Numbered from the stretch's first letter, positions 8,889 to 18,197 are shown. The stretch: 20,921 nucleotides of DNA from Candidatus Rokuibacteriota bacterium (GCA_016184305.1 JACPCX010000143.1:1-20921), one strand, 5' to 3'. Notes: generated by a model not told the origin, from the sequence alone. Numbers and translations: made by a program.

Positions 8889-9320
8889 TCAAAGGCGCGC
8901 CTCCATCCACAGCTCCGCGCGCGGATTGCCGTTGTAGTCGGCGATCTCGGTGAAGCCGTAGGCGCGGTAGAGGTGCACCGCCGCCTCGAGCCGCCGCTCG
9001 CTGTCCAGCCGCAGCAGGCGGCAGCCGAGGCCGCGCGCCTCGGCGAGACAGCCGTCCAGGAGCGGCCGGCCGAGGCCCCGCCCCTGATGCTCCGGCCGGA
9101 TCCACATGCGCTTGAGCTCGCCCACGCTGGGCTCGAGGAGCCGGACGCCCGCGGTGCCGACCACGGTGCCCGCGGGATCCACCACGAGCAGCATCACGCC
9201 GCGCGCGCCGTCGTAGATCTCCTGCCAGCGGGCGATGTCGCGGTCGAGCCCGTCGCCGTCGAGCCGCTCGCCGAGGAAGGCGAGGTAGGCCGCGAGCTCG
9301 CGGGCCACGGCATCGTGATC
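8888..9320. repeat. Direct repeat copy B (~433 bp) of GNAT coding sequence
   Basis: Manual alignment to 2837-3265. Confidence 0.95.
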
Positions 9321-9383
9321 GGCTGCGGTTGCCCGCCGGATCAGATATCCGCCAGGCGCGTGCCTAGCGCTTGCGCCTCGCAT
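8889..9383 (-). CDS. GNAT family N-acetyltransferase (intact copy)
   Basis: IRRAT..D, VVGTAGVR, ELKRMWIRPEHQGRGLGR.LL, LRLDS, AVHLYRAYGF. Confidence 0.92.
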   Translation of the reverse strand: MRGASARHAPGGYLIRRATAADHDAVARELAAYLAFLGERLDGDGLDRDIARWQEIYDGARGVMLLVVDPAGTVVGTAGVRLLEPSVGELKRMWIRPEHQGRGLGRPLLDGCLAEARGLGCRLLRLDSERRLEAAVHLYRAYGFTEIADYNGNPRAELWMEARL

Positions 9384-9975
9384 GGGACTCGAGCCCCCGC
9401 TCCCAGAGGTATTCCGTCTCCCCCAGGCGCTTGCCCACCCAGCGCGAGAGAACGAAGAGCAGGTCGCTCAGCCGGTTGACGTACTTGAGCGGCCACTCGC
9501 TCGACGGCTCGACCCGCGAGAGCGCCAGGATGCGCCGCTCGGCGCGCCGGCACACGGTGCGCGCCTGGTGGAGGAAACCCCCGACGCGCCCGCCGCCTGG
9601 GAGGACGAACGACTTGAGCGGCGGGAGGGTCTTCTGGCACTGGTCCATCAACCGCTCGAGCCCCGTCACCTCGGCCTCGCCCACTCGGTGCATGCCCTCG
9701 TACGCCGCGTCGTCGGGCGTCGCCAGCTCGCTGCCCAGATCGAACAGCTCGTTCTGGAGGCGCCGGAGCACCTCGTCGAGCCAGCGGGAGTCCTTCCCCT
9801 TCGTGAGCCGCTCGGCGTTGAAGACGCGCGCGAGGCCGATGACGGCGTTCAGCTCGTCTATGGTGCCGTAGGCCTCGATACGCGGCGAGTCCTTGAGCAC
9901 GCGCGTGCCGCCGACGAGAGCGGTGTCTCCCTTGTCGCCGGTGCGCGTGTAGACCCGGGTGATCCGGATTGGCAT
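9364..9975 (-). CDS. pduO: ATP:cob(I)alamin adenosyltransferase, PduO type
   Basis: VYTRTGDKGDT.L, RIEAYGTIDELNA, QNELFDLGSELA, FVLPGG, ARTVCRRAER, YVNRLSDLLF. Confidence 0.95.
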   Translation of the reverse strand: MPIRITRVYTRTGDKGDTALVGGTRVLKDSPRIEAYGTIDELNAVIGLARVFNAERLTKGKDSRWLDEVLRRLQNELFDLGSELATPDDAAYEGMHRVGEAEVTGLERLMDQCQKTLPPLKSFVLPGGGRVGGFLHQARTVCRRAERRILALSRVEPSSEWPLKYVNRLSDLLFVLSRWVGKRLGETEYLWERGLESHARRKR

Positions 9976-10036
9976 GGGCGCGTCCCTCCCGCCCTCACGC
10001 TATCACAGCAGCGCGCCGATGCTAGACTGGGGGGGC

Positions 10037-10477
10037 ATGAGCGGCTGGCGGGAGAACCTGGTGACATCCGCCGAGGGCATCGCGCGGATCCTGCGCGAGA
10101 GCCGGCGCATCGCCGTGCTCGGGATCAAGCCGGAGGCGCGGCGCGATCGGGCGGCCTTCTCCGTGCCGGCCTACATGGCCGCCCAGGGATACGACATCAT
10201 CCCCGTGCCGGTCTATTACCCCGAGGTGACCGAGATTCTCGGCCGCCCCGTCTTCCGGACGCTCGCGGCGATCCCTGGCCCCGTGGACATGGTCAACGTC
10301 TTCCGGCGGCCGCGGGATATCCCGCCGCATCTGCCCGACATCCTCGCCGCCAGGCCGAAGGTGGTATGGCTCCAGCTCGGCATCATCCACGCCGAGGCAG
10401 CCGAGACGCTCGCCCGGGCGGGGATCCAGGTCGTGCAGGACCGCTGCCTCCTGGTGGAGCATCAGCGGCTTCGCTAG
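10037..10477 (+). CDS. CoA-binding protein (YccU-like)
   Basis: RIAVLG, YM..QGY.IIPV, EILG, VDMVNVFR, VWLQLGI, VVQDRCL. Start placed at ATG 10037 to avoid overlap with pduO. Confidence 0.92.
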   Translation: MSGWRENLVTSAEGIARILRESRRIAVLGIKPEARRDRAAFSVPAYMAAQGYDIIPVPVYYPEVTEILGRPVFRTLAAIPGPVDMVNVFRRPRDIPPHLPDILAARPKVVWLQLGIIHAEAAETLARAGIQVVQDRCLLVEHQRLR

Positions 10478-10564
10478 GATGGCTTCCCTTCTTCGAGCCG
10501 GCTCGCCCCTGAGGGCCAGCCGAGGGCGCGCCGCGCCCCGGGACCCGCGGTTGGGGCGGGAGCC

Positions 10565-12217
10565 TCACGCCTGCCGGGCGGCCTGCTCCCGCAGCGAGCG
10601 CTTGAGGATCTTGCCCGAGGCGGTTTTCGGCAACGTCTCGACGAGGCGGACCTGGCGCGGCGCCTTGTACACCGACATCTCGCTCCGGCACCACTGTACG
10701 ATGTCCTCCTCGGTCACCGTGCCCCGGGCACCCGGCGTGAGCACCACGAAGGCCAGCACGTCCTCGCCGCGGTAGGGGTCGGGCACCCCGACCACGCCCA
10801 CCTCGGCGATGGCGGGGTGCCGGTACATGAGCGCCTCGACCTCGGCCGGGAACACGCTGTAGCCCGAGGCCTTGATCATGTCCTTCTTGCGCTCCTCGAT
10901 GATGAAGTACCCCTCCTCGTCCACGCGCCCGATGTCGCCCGTGTAGAACCATCCGTCGCGGATGGCCTCGGCCGTCGCCTCCGGCCGCCGCCAGTAGCCC
11001 TTCATCACCATGGGCCCGCGCACGACGATCTCCCCCGACTGGCCGGCCTGCATCTCCATCACCCCGTCCTCGAGGCTCACGATCCTGACGTCGGTGAACG
11101 GCAGCGGAAGGCCGACGGTCCCGTACTTCGGCCGGTGCAGGGGGTTGCTGTGGGTGGGCGCCGTCGTCTCGCTCAGCCCGTAGCCCTCGATGAGCTTGTG
11201 GCCCGTCACCGCCTCCCAGCGCCGCGCGATCTCGGCCGGCACGGGCGCGCCGCCGGAGGAGCAGACGCGGAGCGAGGAGAGGTCGAACTGGCGCGTCCGC
11301 GGATCGTTCACGATGGCGACGTTGACGGTCGCGATCAAGGTCGTCACCGTGCAGCGGTACTGCTGGATGGCCCGCAGCACCGTCTCGAGGTCGAAGCGGC
11401 CCAGCGCCACCAGCGTCGCGCCGGTGAAGGCCATCATGTTCAGCTGGACTTCCATGCCCGTGATGTGGAACCACGGGAGCACGCCCAGCACCACGTCAGC
11501 CGCCGTGGCCTGGATCAGGACGCGCAGCAGCTCGCAGTTGGCCACGATATTGCCGTGGGTCAGCTCGGCCCCCTTCGGCACCCCCGTGGTCCCCGACGTG
11601 TACTGGATCAGCGCCGTGTCGTCCAGCGCGCACGCCACGGGCGCCCCGAGTCGCGGCGCGCTCCGGACGATCTCCCGGAAGTCCTCGGTGTCCGGGCACG
11701 GCCGCGCCGGCTCCAGGAAGCTCGGGGGCACCGGCAGCGCGGGGGACGGCGGCACGTAGTCGCCGTACGAGGTCATCACCACCGCCTCGAGCGGGCTCCC
11801 GCCCCGCACCGCGGCGACGGTGTCGCAGGCCTGGTCGGCAGCGACCAGCACCCTGGCCCCGGAGTCGCGGAGCTCGTGCTCCAGCTCCACCGCCTTGTGC
11901 ATCGGGTTCAGGCAGACGTTGATGGCGCCGGCCCGGAGCGCGCCCATGTAGGCGATGGCGAATTGCGGGCAGTTCTCGAGATAGATGGCCACGCGGTCGC
12001 CGGGACAGAGGCCCCGCCCCTGGAGCCACCCCGCGAAGCGGTCGCTCGCCTCGTCCAGCTCCGCGAAGGAGATCTCCCGGCCGTAGAAGATCAGCGCCGG
12101 CTTGTCACCCAGGCGCTCGGCGTTGCGCGTGAGGAAAACCGGCAGCGGCTCGGCCGGCAGGCGGATCGCCGCCTCGTCCACGCCCGGGGCCCAGTGGCGC
12201 GTCCAGATCCGCTCCAT
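10565..12217 (-). CDS. Long-chain-fatty-acid--CoA ligase (FadD-like)
   Basis: YTSGTTGVPKGA, EGYGLSET, GWFYTGDIG, RKKDMIK, LPKTASGKILK. Confidence 0.93.
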   Translation of the reverse strand: MERIWTRHWAPGVDEAAIRLPAEPLPVFLTRNAERLGDKPALIFYGREISFAELDEASDRFAGWLQGRGLCPGDRVAIYLENCPQFAIAYMGALRAGAINVCLNPMHKAVELEHELRDSGARVLVAADQACDTVAAVRGGSPLEAVVMTSYGDYVPPSPALPVPPSFLEPARPCPDTEDFREIVRSAPRLGAPVACALDDTALIQYTSGTTGVPKGAELTHGNIVANCELLRVLIQATAADVVLGVLPWFHITGMEVQLNMMAFTGATLVALGRFDLETVLRAIQQYRCTVTTLIATVNVAIVNDPRTRQFDLSSLRVCSSGGAPVPAEIARRWEAVTGHKLIEGYGLSETTAPTHSNPLHRPKYGTVGLPLPFTDVRIVSLEDGVMEMQAGQSGEIVVRGPMVMKGYWRRPEATAEAIRDGWFYTGDIGRVDEEGYFIIEERKKDMIKASGYSVFPAEVEALMYRHPAIAEVGVVGVPDPYRGEDVLAFVVLTPGARGTVTEEDIVQWCRSEMSVYKAPRQVRLVETLPKTASGKILKRSLREQAARQA

Positions 12218-12226
12218 CGGTCTCCC

Positions 12227-14182
12227 CTACGCGCCCGCCAGGCGCGAGGCCCTGAGCTCCTCCACGACGTCCGGGTTCACCAGCGCCGACAGGTCGCCGG
12301 CGCTGCCGCCGGTGAGCGCGGCGCGCACCACGCGGCGCATCACCTTGAGGTTCCGCGTCTTGGGCAGGTCGCGCGCGAACACGATGCCGCGCGGCCGGTA
12401 CGAGGCGCCCATGCCCGCCACCAGGGCGCGCGACAGCTCGCTCTCCAGAGCGGCGTCCGGGGCCACGCCCGGGCGCGCCACGCACACGCAGACGATGGCC
12501 GAGCCCTTGAGCTCGTCGGGCACCCCCACCACCGCGCACTCGACCAGCTTCTCCGTCTTCATCAGCAGGTTCTCGAGCTCCGACGGGCCGGTGCGCTTGC
12601 CCGAGACCTTGATCGTGTCGTCCGAGCGGCCGAGGATGTACCAGCAGCCGTCGGCGTCGCGCTGGGCGAAGTCGCCATGCAGCCACAGGCCCGGGATCAC
12701 GTTCCAGTAGCTCTCGACGTAGCGCTGATCGTCCCGCCACAGGCTCTTCGTGAGCCCGATGGAAGTCTGCCGCAGCACCAGCTCCCCCACCTGGCCAGGC
12801 GGGCAGGACCGGCCGGCCTCGTCCACGACGTCGGCGCCCATGCCGGGCACGGGCCCGCCGAACGAGCAGGGCTTCAGCTTGTGGTGCACGGTGCCCGTGA
12901 GGATCAGGCAGCCCACCTCGGTGCCGCCGGAAATGTTCAGCAGCGGCAGCCGCCGCCTGCACACATGGTCGAAGAACCAGTGCCAGGGGGTGTCGGTCCA
13001 GGGCTCGCCGCTCGAGCAGGTGATGCGCACGCTCGAGAGATCGTGGCACGCCACCGCCTCGTCACCGTAGCGCATCATGCCGCGCACCAGCGTGGGCGAG
13101 ACGCCGAGGAAGGTGACCCGGTGGTCCTGGATGAGCCGCCAGAGCCGCGCGGTGTCCGGGTAGTCGGGCGCGCCCTCGGCCAGCAGCACGCTGCCGCCGA
13201 ACATGGACGGGACCATGGCGCTCATGGGGCCCACCATCCAGCCCATGTCCGACATGAAGAAGAAGCGGTCCTCGGGCTTGAAGTCGAGGCAGACGCCGAA
13301 GTCCAGCGACATCTTGGCCACGTTCGAGATATGCGTCCACACCGCGCCCTTGGGCTTGCCCGTGGTGCCCGAGGTGTAGATCAGCACCGCCGGGTCGCTG
13401 GCGCCCATCTCCTCGGTCGGGGCCTCCGGCGGCTGCGGCGCCACCCGCTCATGCCACCAGTGATCGCGCCCGGGCGTCATCGGCGTCTCGACGCCCTCGC
13501 CCAGGTAGCGCACGACGATCACGTGCTCGACCGTGGGCGCGCTCCGCAGCGCCTCGTCGAGCACGGCCTTCATCGCGCCGGGCTTGCCGCGCCGCCAGGC
13601 CCCATCGGAGGTGATCACCGCCCGGGCGCCGCCGTCGGCCAGCCTGAGCGCCAGCGGCTCGGGCCCGAAGCCGGAGAAGAGCGGCATCACGATGCCGCCG
13701 ACCTTGACGATGGCGAAGAAGGCGGCGAAGGCCTCGGGCAGGTTGGGCAGGAAGATCCCCACCGCATCTCCGCGCCCGATGCCCAGCGAGCGCAGCGCGT
13801 TGGCGAGCCGGCACACCTCGGCGTCGAAGTCGCGATAGCTGAGGGTACGCCGGGCGCCGGTCTCCCCTTCCCAGACGAGGTAGGTCCGGTCCCAGACCGG
13901 CGTGCCGCGGTGCCGGTCGAGACAGTTGAGCACCATGTTGGTGGTGCCGCCCACGCACCAGCGCGCCCAGGGCAGCCCCTTTGACAGGTCCAGGACCTGC
14001 TCGTAGGGACGGTAGAAGCGCAGATCGAAGAAGCGGATCACCTCGCCCCAGAACCAGGCCGGGTCGGCGTCGGCGCGGCGCACGAGCGCGTCGTAGTCCG
14101 CGCAGCCGGCGCGCCGGAGAAAGGCGGTGAGGGTGCTCTGCGCGATCAGTTCCGGTGTGGGTGTCCAGACGAACTCGCTCAT
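12227..14182 (-). CDS. Acetyl-CoA synthetase-like AMP-binding enzyme
   Basis: MSEFVW start with GGAGG RBS; YTSGTTGKPKG, SDMGWMVG, GEPW, SGGTE, GRSDDTIKVSGKR, LPKTRNLKVMRR. Confidence 0.92.
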   Translation of the reverse strand: MSEFVWTPTPELIAQSTLTAFLRRAGCADYDALVRRADADPAWFWGEVIRFFDLRFYRPYEQVLDLSKGLPWARWCVGGTTNMVLNCLDRHRGTPVWDRTYLVWEGETGARRTLSYRDFDAEVCRLANALRSLGIGRGDAVGIFLPNLPEAFAAFFAIVKVGGIVMPLFSGFGPEPLALRLADGGARAVITSDGAWRRGKPGAMKAVLDEALRSAPTVEHVIVVRYLGEGVETPMTPGRDHWWHERVAPQPPEAPTEEMGASDPAVLIYTSGTTGKPKGAVWTHISNVAKMSLDFGVCLDFKPEDRFFFMSDMGWMVGPMSAMVPSMFGGSVLLAEGAPDYPDTARLWRLIQDHRVTFLGVSPTLVRGMMRYGDEAVACHDLSSVRITCSSGEPWTDTPWHWFFDHVCRRRLPLLNISGGTEVGCLILTGTVHHKLKPCSFGGPVPGMGADVVDEAGRSCPPGQVGELVLRQTSIGLTKSLWRDDQRYVESYWNVIPGLWLHGDFAQRDADGCWYILGRSDDTIKVSGKRTGPSELENLLMKTEKLVECAVVGVPDELKGSAIVCVCVARPGVAPDAALESELSRALVAGMGASYRPRGIVFARDLPKTRNLKVMRRVVRAALTGGSAGDLSALVNPDVVEELRASRLAGA

Positions 14183-14277
14183 GCGCTCGGAAACCTCCTG
14201 CAGGGAATGGTGAACACGACTCCGTCGCGCGCCGTCCTGGATCCGCCGACGCCTGACGGCCTTCTCCCGCAGCTTCA

Positions 14278-14305
14278 TCTATATCATCCCGTGAGGCGCC
14301 GTCAA
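14278..14305 (-). promoter_or_regulatory. Possible promoter for the acyl-CoA ligase pair
   Basis: TTGACG, 16 bp, TATAGA preceded by TGA, in an AT-richer patch about 95 bp upstream of the start. Confidence 0.35.
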
Positions 14306-14508
14306 TCGGCCCGGGCGGCCGGCGCCGATCCGCCTCCCGGGGCTCGCGACACCGGCAGCGGCCCCATTTAGCGGGCCTCCAGTACCCCCTGAAAGACCCC
14401 AGCGTCGTCGAGCCGCCGGCCCCGGAGCCCTCTCCCTGGAGCCGAGACCGCCCGGCTCTGACGCAGGTGCAGGCCCGGCCGCTTCACGCTGCTCCTCCGC
14501 GCTGCTGC

Positions 14509-14538
14509 TTGACATGCCCGTGGCGTACGCGATAAGGT
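14509..14538 (+). promoter_or_regulatory. Possible promoter for 14611-16415
   Basis: TTGACA, 18 bp, TAAGGT. Confidence 0.35.
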
Positions 14539-14610
14539 CCGCGGAGACCAATGGGCTCGGCTCACCGTTCACCCCTCGGGGCGAACAGAGCCCGGGCGCG
14601 AGGTGCTGGC

Positions 14611-15303
14611 ATGGCGCATGGTGTCCGTTGGCTCGTCTTGCTGCTCGGCCTCCTCCTCCCGGCTGCCTCGAGTCACCCCGAGGCGTTCGCGCCGGACCGG
14701 TGGGCGTCCGAGTGCGCGGGCCGCGTGCTCGGCGCCGGCCGCGCCGAGGCCGCGGACGGTGGGTGCTGCCACTTCGGCGGCGGTGTATGCGGCTGTCGGG
14801 CAGGCCGTGCCGTGTGCTGCAAGGGCGGGGTGTCCTCGTGCCCTTGCGGTGGCTCGGTCCGGCAAGAGCCGCCACCAGCCACCCGCGGGGTCCCACGCGG
14901 TGACGAGCGCGAGGGTCCCGTGGTCCACCTGAGCAAGGTTCTGTTCACCGACCAGGACAGCAAGCCCCCGCTCCTCAACCTGACATCCTTCCGGATGGGC
15001 CAGAACGTCTGGGTCTGGGTCGACCTGCGCTGCCCCGAAGCGTGCCGGGCCCAGCTTGCCTCGTTCGGCGAGAGCGAGATCCCACTGAGTCTCTATTGGT
15101 ACTTCGATCCGGGCGCGAGCCCGGTGCTGCGCGAGGACCTGAAGACCGACCGCGCGTTCAAGGCGAGCGCCTTGCCCCTTCGGGTGGTGATCCCGGCGAG
15201 GCTCACGCCCGGCAACTGGATCGCCGAGATCGCCTACGGGCCTGACCGCATCTGCACGTGGGACGACCAGCGCTGCTCTTTTCGCGTCCGCATGATCCCG
15301 TGA
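14611..15303 (+). CDS. Secreted protein with 8-Cys module and a beta-rich C-terminal domain
   Basis: GAGGTG RBS; signal-peptide-like MAHGVRWLVLLLGLLLPAASS; GCCHFGGGVCGCRAGRAVCCKGGVSSCPC; stop overlaps the next start (GTGA). Confidence 0.75.
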   Translation: MAHGVRWLVLLLGLLLPAASSHPEAFAPDRWASECAGRVLGAGRAEAADGGCCHFGGGVCGCRAGRAVCCKGGVSSCPCGGSVRQEPPPATRGVPRGDEREGPVVHLSKVLFTDQDSKPPLLNLTSFRMGQNVWVWVDLRCPEACRAQLASFGESEIPLSLYWYFDPGASPVLREDLKTDRAFKASALPLRVVIPARLTPGNWIAEIAYGPDRICTWDDQRCSFRVRMIP

Positions 15304-16415
15304 GCGAGCCCAATACCGGGAGCGCCCGCGGCGCGAGCCTCCCAGCGGCCAGCCTCGAGAACCTGAAGCCCCTGTCGGAGGTGGTGGGCGACGCCAGCGC
15401 GCTGCTCTATCACGCGGTCGCCGCCGGGAGAACGGTCGAGCCTGCGATCCGCGACCCGATCATCAAGACGCGGGCCGCGGTCACCGGGGGCGAGCCCGTG
15501 TCGCCGGCCGACGAGAGCGCCTTCCTCGGCGCCTACTCGCGCCTGGCCGTCATGGTTGCGCCGGTGACGGTGGCCACGCTCCGCGCCACGAGCCGCCACG
15601 AGGACAGCCGCTCGCTCCTCCCGCGGCTCCTCCGGCTCCGCTCGACCTCCGACGCCCAGGTTGTCTCGTTCCGGTTCGGCCTCCTCGCGCTCTTCCTGCT
15701 GCTCGTGATCGGCACGTGCGAGTGGACGCGCACCTTCGTCACCGCGATCATCACCAGCCAGGACGAGCTGGTGAAGGTGCGGGAGGAGATGCGCACGGGG
15801 CGGCTCGCCCTCCGGCTGCTCGGCGACCAAATCAAGGCGCTCGACGCCGAGCTGGGCCGCCAGAGCCAGTCTCCGGGCGTCGTGCGCGCGAGCCTGATCA
15901 AGCAGCGCGAGGAGCTGGATGCCCGGCTCGCCCACCTGCGCGAGCAGCAGATCGGCCTCGAGCAGCGAATCGACCAGGGCTACGCCACCCTCGGCCGCTT
16001 CGTGCGCGTGGTGGACTGGGCCGAGCTGCGGAACGTGATTTTCCCGATCGCGATGATCCTCGGGGGCTTCATCCTGCCCGTGCTCTACGGCGCGCTCGGA
16101 ACCTTGGCCTACATCCTCCGGGCGATCTACGCCCAGATGGTCCAGCGGAGCTTCGACCCGCGACAGACCGGGGAGTTCGTCGTGCGGATCTTCCTCGGCA
16201 TGCTCAGCGGGATTACGCTCCAGTGGATTTTTGTGCGCGACAGCGGGACGATACCCGGCGGCATCACCCCCGTCGTCCTCGCCTTCATCGGCGGCTACAG
16301 CGTGGAGCTGCTCTTCACCGCGCTGGACCGCCTGCTGACGGCCGTGACCGGCTCCCTCAAGCCCAGCTCGGCGCCCCAGAAGCCTGCTCGCGTCGAGGAC
16401 CAGGGCGAGAGCTGA
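15300..16415 (+). CDS. Uncharacterised membrane protein: TM, coiled coil, then ~3 TM
   Basis: FGLLALFLLLVI; heptad-rich ELVKVREE...LEQRID; ILPVLYGALGTLAYILR, RIFLGMLSG, LAFIGGYSVELLF..LDRLL. Confidence 0.85.
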   Translation: MSEPNTGSARGASLPAASLENLKPLSEVVGDASALLYHAVAAGRTVEPAIRDPIIKTRAAVTGGEPVSPADESAFLGAYSRLAVMVAPVTVATLRATSRHEDSRSLLPRLLRLRSTSDAQVVSFRFGLLALFLLLVIGTCEWTRTFVTAIITSQDELVKVREEMRTGRLALRLLGDQIKALDAELGRQSQSPGVVRASLIKQREELDARLAHLREQQIGLEQRIDQGYATLGRFVRVVDWAELRNVIFPIAMILGGFILPVLYGALGTLAYILRAIYAQMVQRSFDPRQTGEFVVRIFLGMLSGITLQWIFVRDSGTIPGGITPVVLAFIGGYSVELLFTALDRLLTAVTGSLKPSSAPQKPARVEDQGES

Positions 16416-16479
16416 CCCCCAAGGCTGTCGCCGCGCGGTGCCGGCGGCCAACTTGCTCTTGTATCACGCCGTCCTCGCC

Positions 16480-16690
16480 CCGCGAGACCGCGCGACACAC
16501 CGCATGGTCCCCCGCCAGGCGGTCGCGCAACCGCCACGGCAGGGTGAGCCCCCAGTGGCGGAGCGGCACGTGTGGCCTCCCTGTGTCGGCGAGGGACGTG
16601 GCGCGCTCCGGGTCCTCCTCCGCGTGGTTTGGCATCCCCTGCGGGCGCGGGCCCGCCGGCTGAACGGCGACCAGGACCGCTCGGGGTGCC
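16480..16690 (-). mobile_element. Degenerate IS91-family (Y2/HUH) transposase fragment
   Basis: VLVA...ERATSLADTGRPHVPLRHWGLTLPWRLRDRLAGDHAVCRAV resembles the remembered IS91 segment LVAFSC...ERAAHLVDxVxPxVPVRQWVLTLPxRLRYxLAxDxxLCRAV. Confidence 0.65.
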
Positions 16691-16787
16691 GGTTCCGCCG
16701 GGAGCGATATCGCTTCGGCGACGGAGGCCCGGTCAAGCGGCGGATGCGGCCGAGAGCGCGAGCTGAAGCTGGAGGCGCCGGTGCCGG

Positions 16788-17351
16788 TCAAATCCGCGGC
16801 GTGATCGGGCGATCGATGAGCACGGCGAGGAACAGCGCCGGTCCACCATGGGCCGCCCAGGCGTGGCTGGTGCCGCGCTGGATCACGATCTGGCCGGGTC
16901 TCAGCCGCGTCTCGCCGCTCTCGAGGATCAGCGACGCATCCCCCTTCAGGAGGCAGATGACGTCGAGGGTGTGCGTCTCGTGCATCGCGTGATGCCGCGT
17001 CTGGTCCTGCACGTGGGCGGCCGCGCCCATGCGCGCGAAGGCCGCCTTGGCGGCCGCGTCCAGGGCCGCCTTCGGCGCGCCGGGCGGCGGCGGCTCGACG
17101 ATGAACCAGCGCACCTTCACCTCCCCGCGTGCCGGCGACAGGACCGGCGCCCCTTTCGGCCCCCGGTCCGCGCCCTCGCGCGGATCCAGGGGCCCCGAGG
17201 CGGCGTCGGCCCAGATCTCGAACAGGCCGCCGAGCCCGGCCTCGGCCATCACGGCGGAGGGCGGACCGTCGACGATGATGACCGACTGCCCCTTCGCGTC
17301 GTCCCCGGTGATGACCCGCCGCAACGCGTCTTCGAAACCCGGATAGCTCAT
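16788..17351 (-). CDS. Cupin domain protein
   Basis: RRVITG.DA.G.S, MHETHTLD...L.G...L.L..GE..L.PG..VIQRGT.HAW. Confidence 0.9.
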   Translation of the reverse strand: MSYPGFEDALRRVITGDDAKGQSVIIVDGPPSAVMAEAGLGGLFEIWADAASGPLDPREGADRGPKGAPVLSPARGEVKVRWFIVEPPPPGAPKAALDAAAKAAFARMGAAAHVQDQTRHHAMHETHTLDVICLLKGDASLILESGETRLRPGQIVIQRGTSHAWAAHGGPALFLAVLIDRPITPRI

Positions 17352-17353
17352 CG

Positions 17354-17749
17354 CTACTTCTTCTTGAGGAACTGAATGCCCCGCAGGATGGCGACGCCCT
17401 TGCCCTTGTTGGACACGTCGAGCACGATCCCCTCCTGATGGAGCCAGCTCTCACCCGTCTTCTTCTCCGCGACCTTGTCCCCGTACTTGTAGGTGAAGAC
17501 GCCCTTCGTCACCCAGAGGATCTCGGTGGACCCCACCTTGAAGTCCTTCACGGCTGCCCCGGGATCCATCTCGAACTGAATGAGCTGGGCCTTCTCGATA
17601 CCCGGGAAGCCGGGCTCGACGGTGTTGACCACCGTGAAGCGCACCGGCTCCTTCTTTGCCTTCTCCTGCGCGAGCGGCGTGTCCCCCAGCATGACGCCCA
17701 GGCAGGACGCGAGCATGAAAACCACTGCCACTGTCCAGATCCTTCTCAT
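17354..17749 (-). CDS. Secreted cupin-fold protein
   Basis: GAGGAG RBS; signal peptide ending LA-QE; MDPGA, EILWVTKG.F, GESW, N.GKG.A cupin pattern without metal-binding histidines. Confidence 0.8.
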   Translation of the reverse strand: MRRIWTVAVVFMLASCLGVMLGDTPLAQEKAKKEPVRFTVVNTVEPGFPGIEKAQLIQFEMDPGAAVKDFKVGSTEILWVTKGVFTYKYGDKVAEKKTGESWLHQEGIVLDVSNKGKGVAILRGIQFLKKK

Positions 17750-17836
17750 GGGGCTCTCCTCTCTCCTTGGTGGTCGGTCGCCTCGCAGCAGGTCGGCGCC
17801 GCTCACCGACGTCGCCGCGCTCGCCACATGGCGCGA

Positions 17837-17865
17837 CGTATAGCCCCTGGCCGGGGGGGTGTCAA
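17837..17865 (-). promoter_or_regulatory. Sigma70-type promoter for the cupin pair
   Basis: TTGACA (17865-17860), 17 bp, TATACG (17842-17837). Confidence 0.6.
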
Positions 17866-18197
17866 CCCGGGGCTTTCCCTTACGCGGAATGTACCAGGAA
17901 ACGCTGCCCGCCGTCCGGCGGGCGGTGCGCGGGCCCACAGGAAACATTACCGGCCCCAATAGCACCTTCTCCACGCCGGGGAGAGGGGACAGTCGAGCAG
18001 CAAGCACGCCCCACGCGACCCACTAAAATGCCCCTTGTCGCGGGCGACGGAGGACGTCTGCCTGTGCACACCTCGCCTCTTCTTCTTCGAGGCCCCGGTG
18101 TGGCTGACCGCCCTCAGCGGTCCAGGGCGGTCCAGAGGTAGATAGGACTCCCGCGACCGCCTGCCGTTCTTCAGTGGCTCCGCCAGCGCGCGCCCGC

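Noticed and set aside
9975..10036. Cobalamin riboswitch upstream of pduO
   Set aside because: The intergenic gap is only ~60 bp and lacks a B12 box.
10817..13984. 1055-aa plus-strand ORF
   Set aside because: Antisense shadow of two well-supported acyl-CoA ligases; stop codons are scarce at high GC and no motifs are present.
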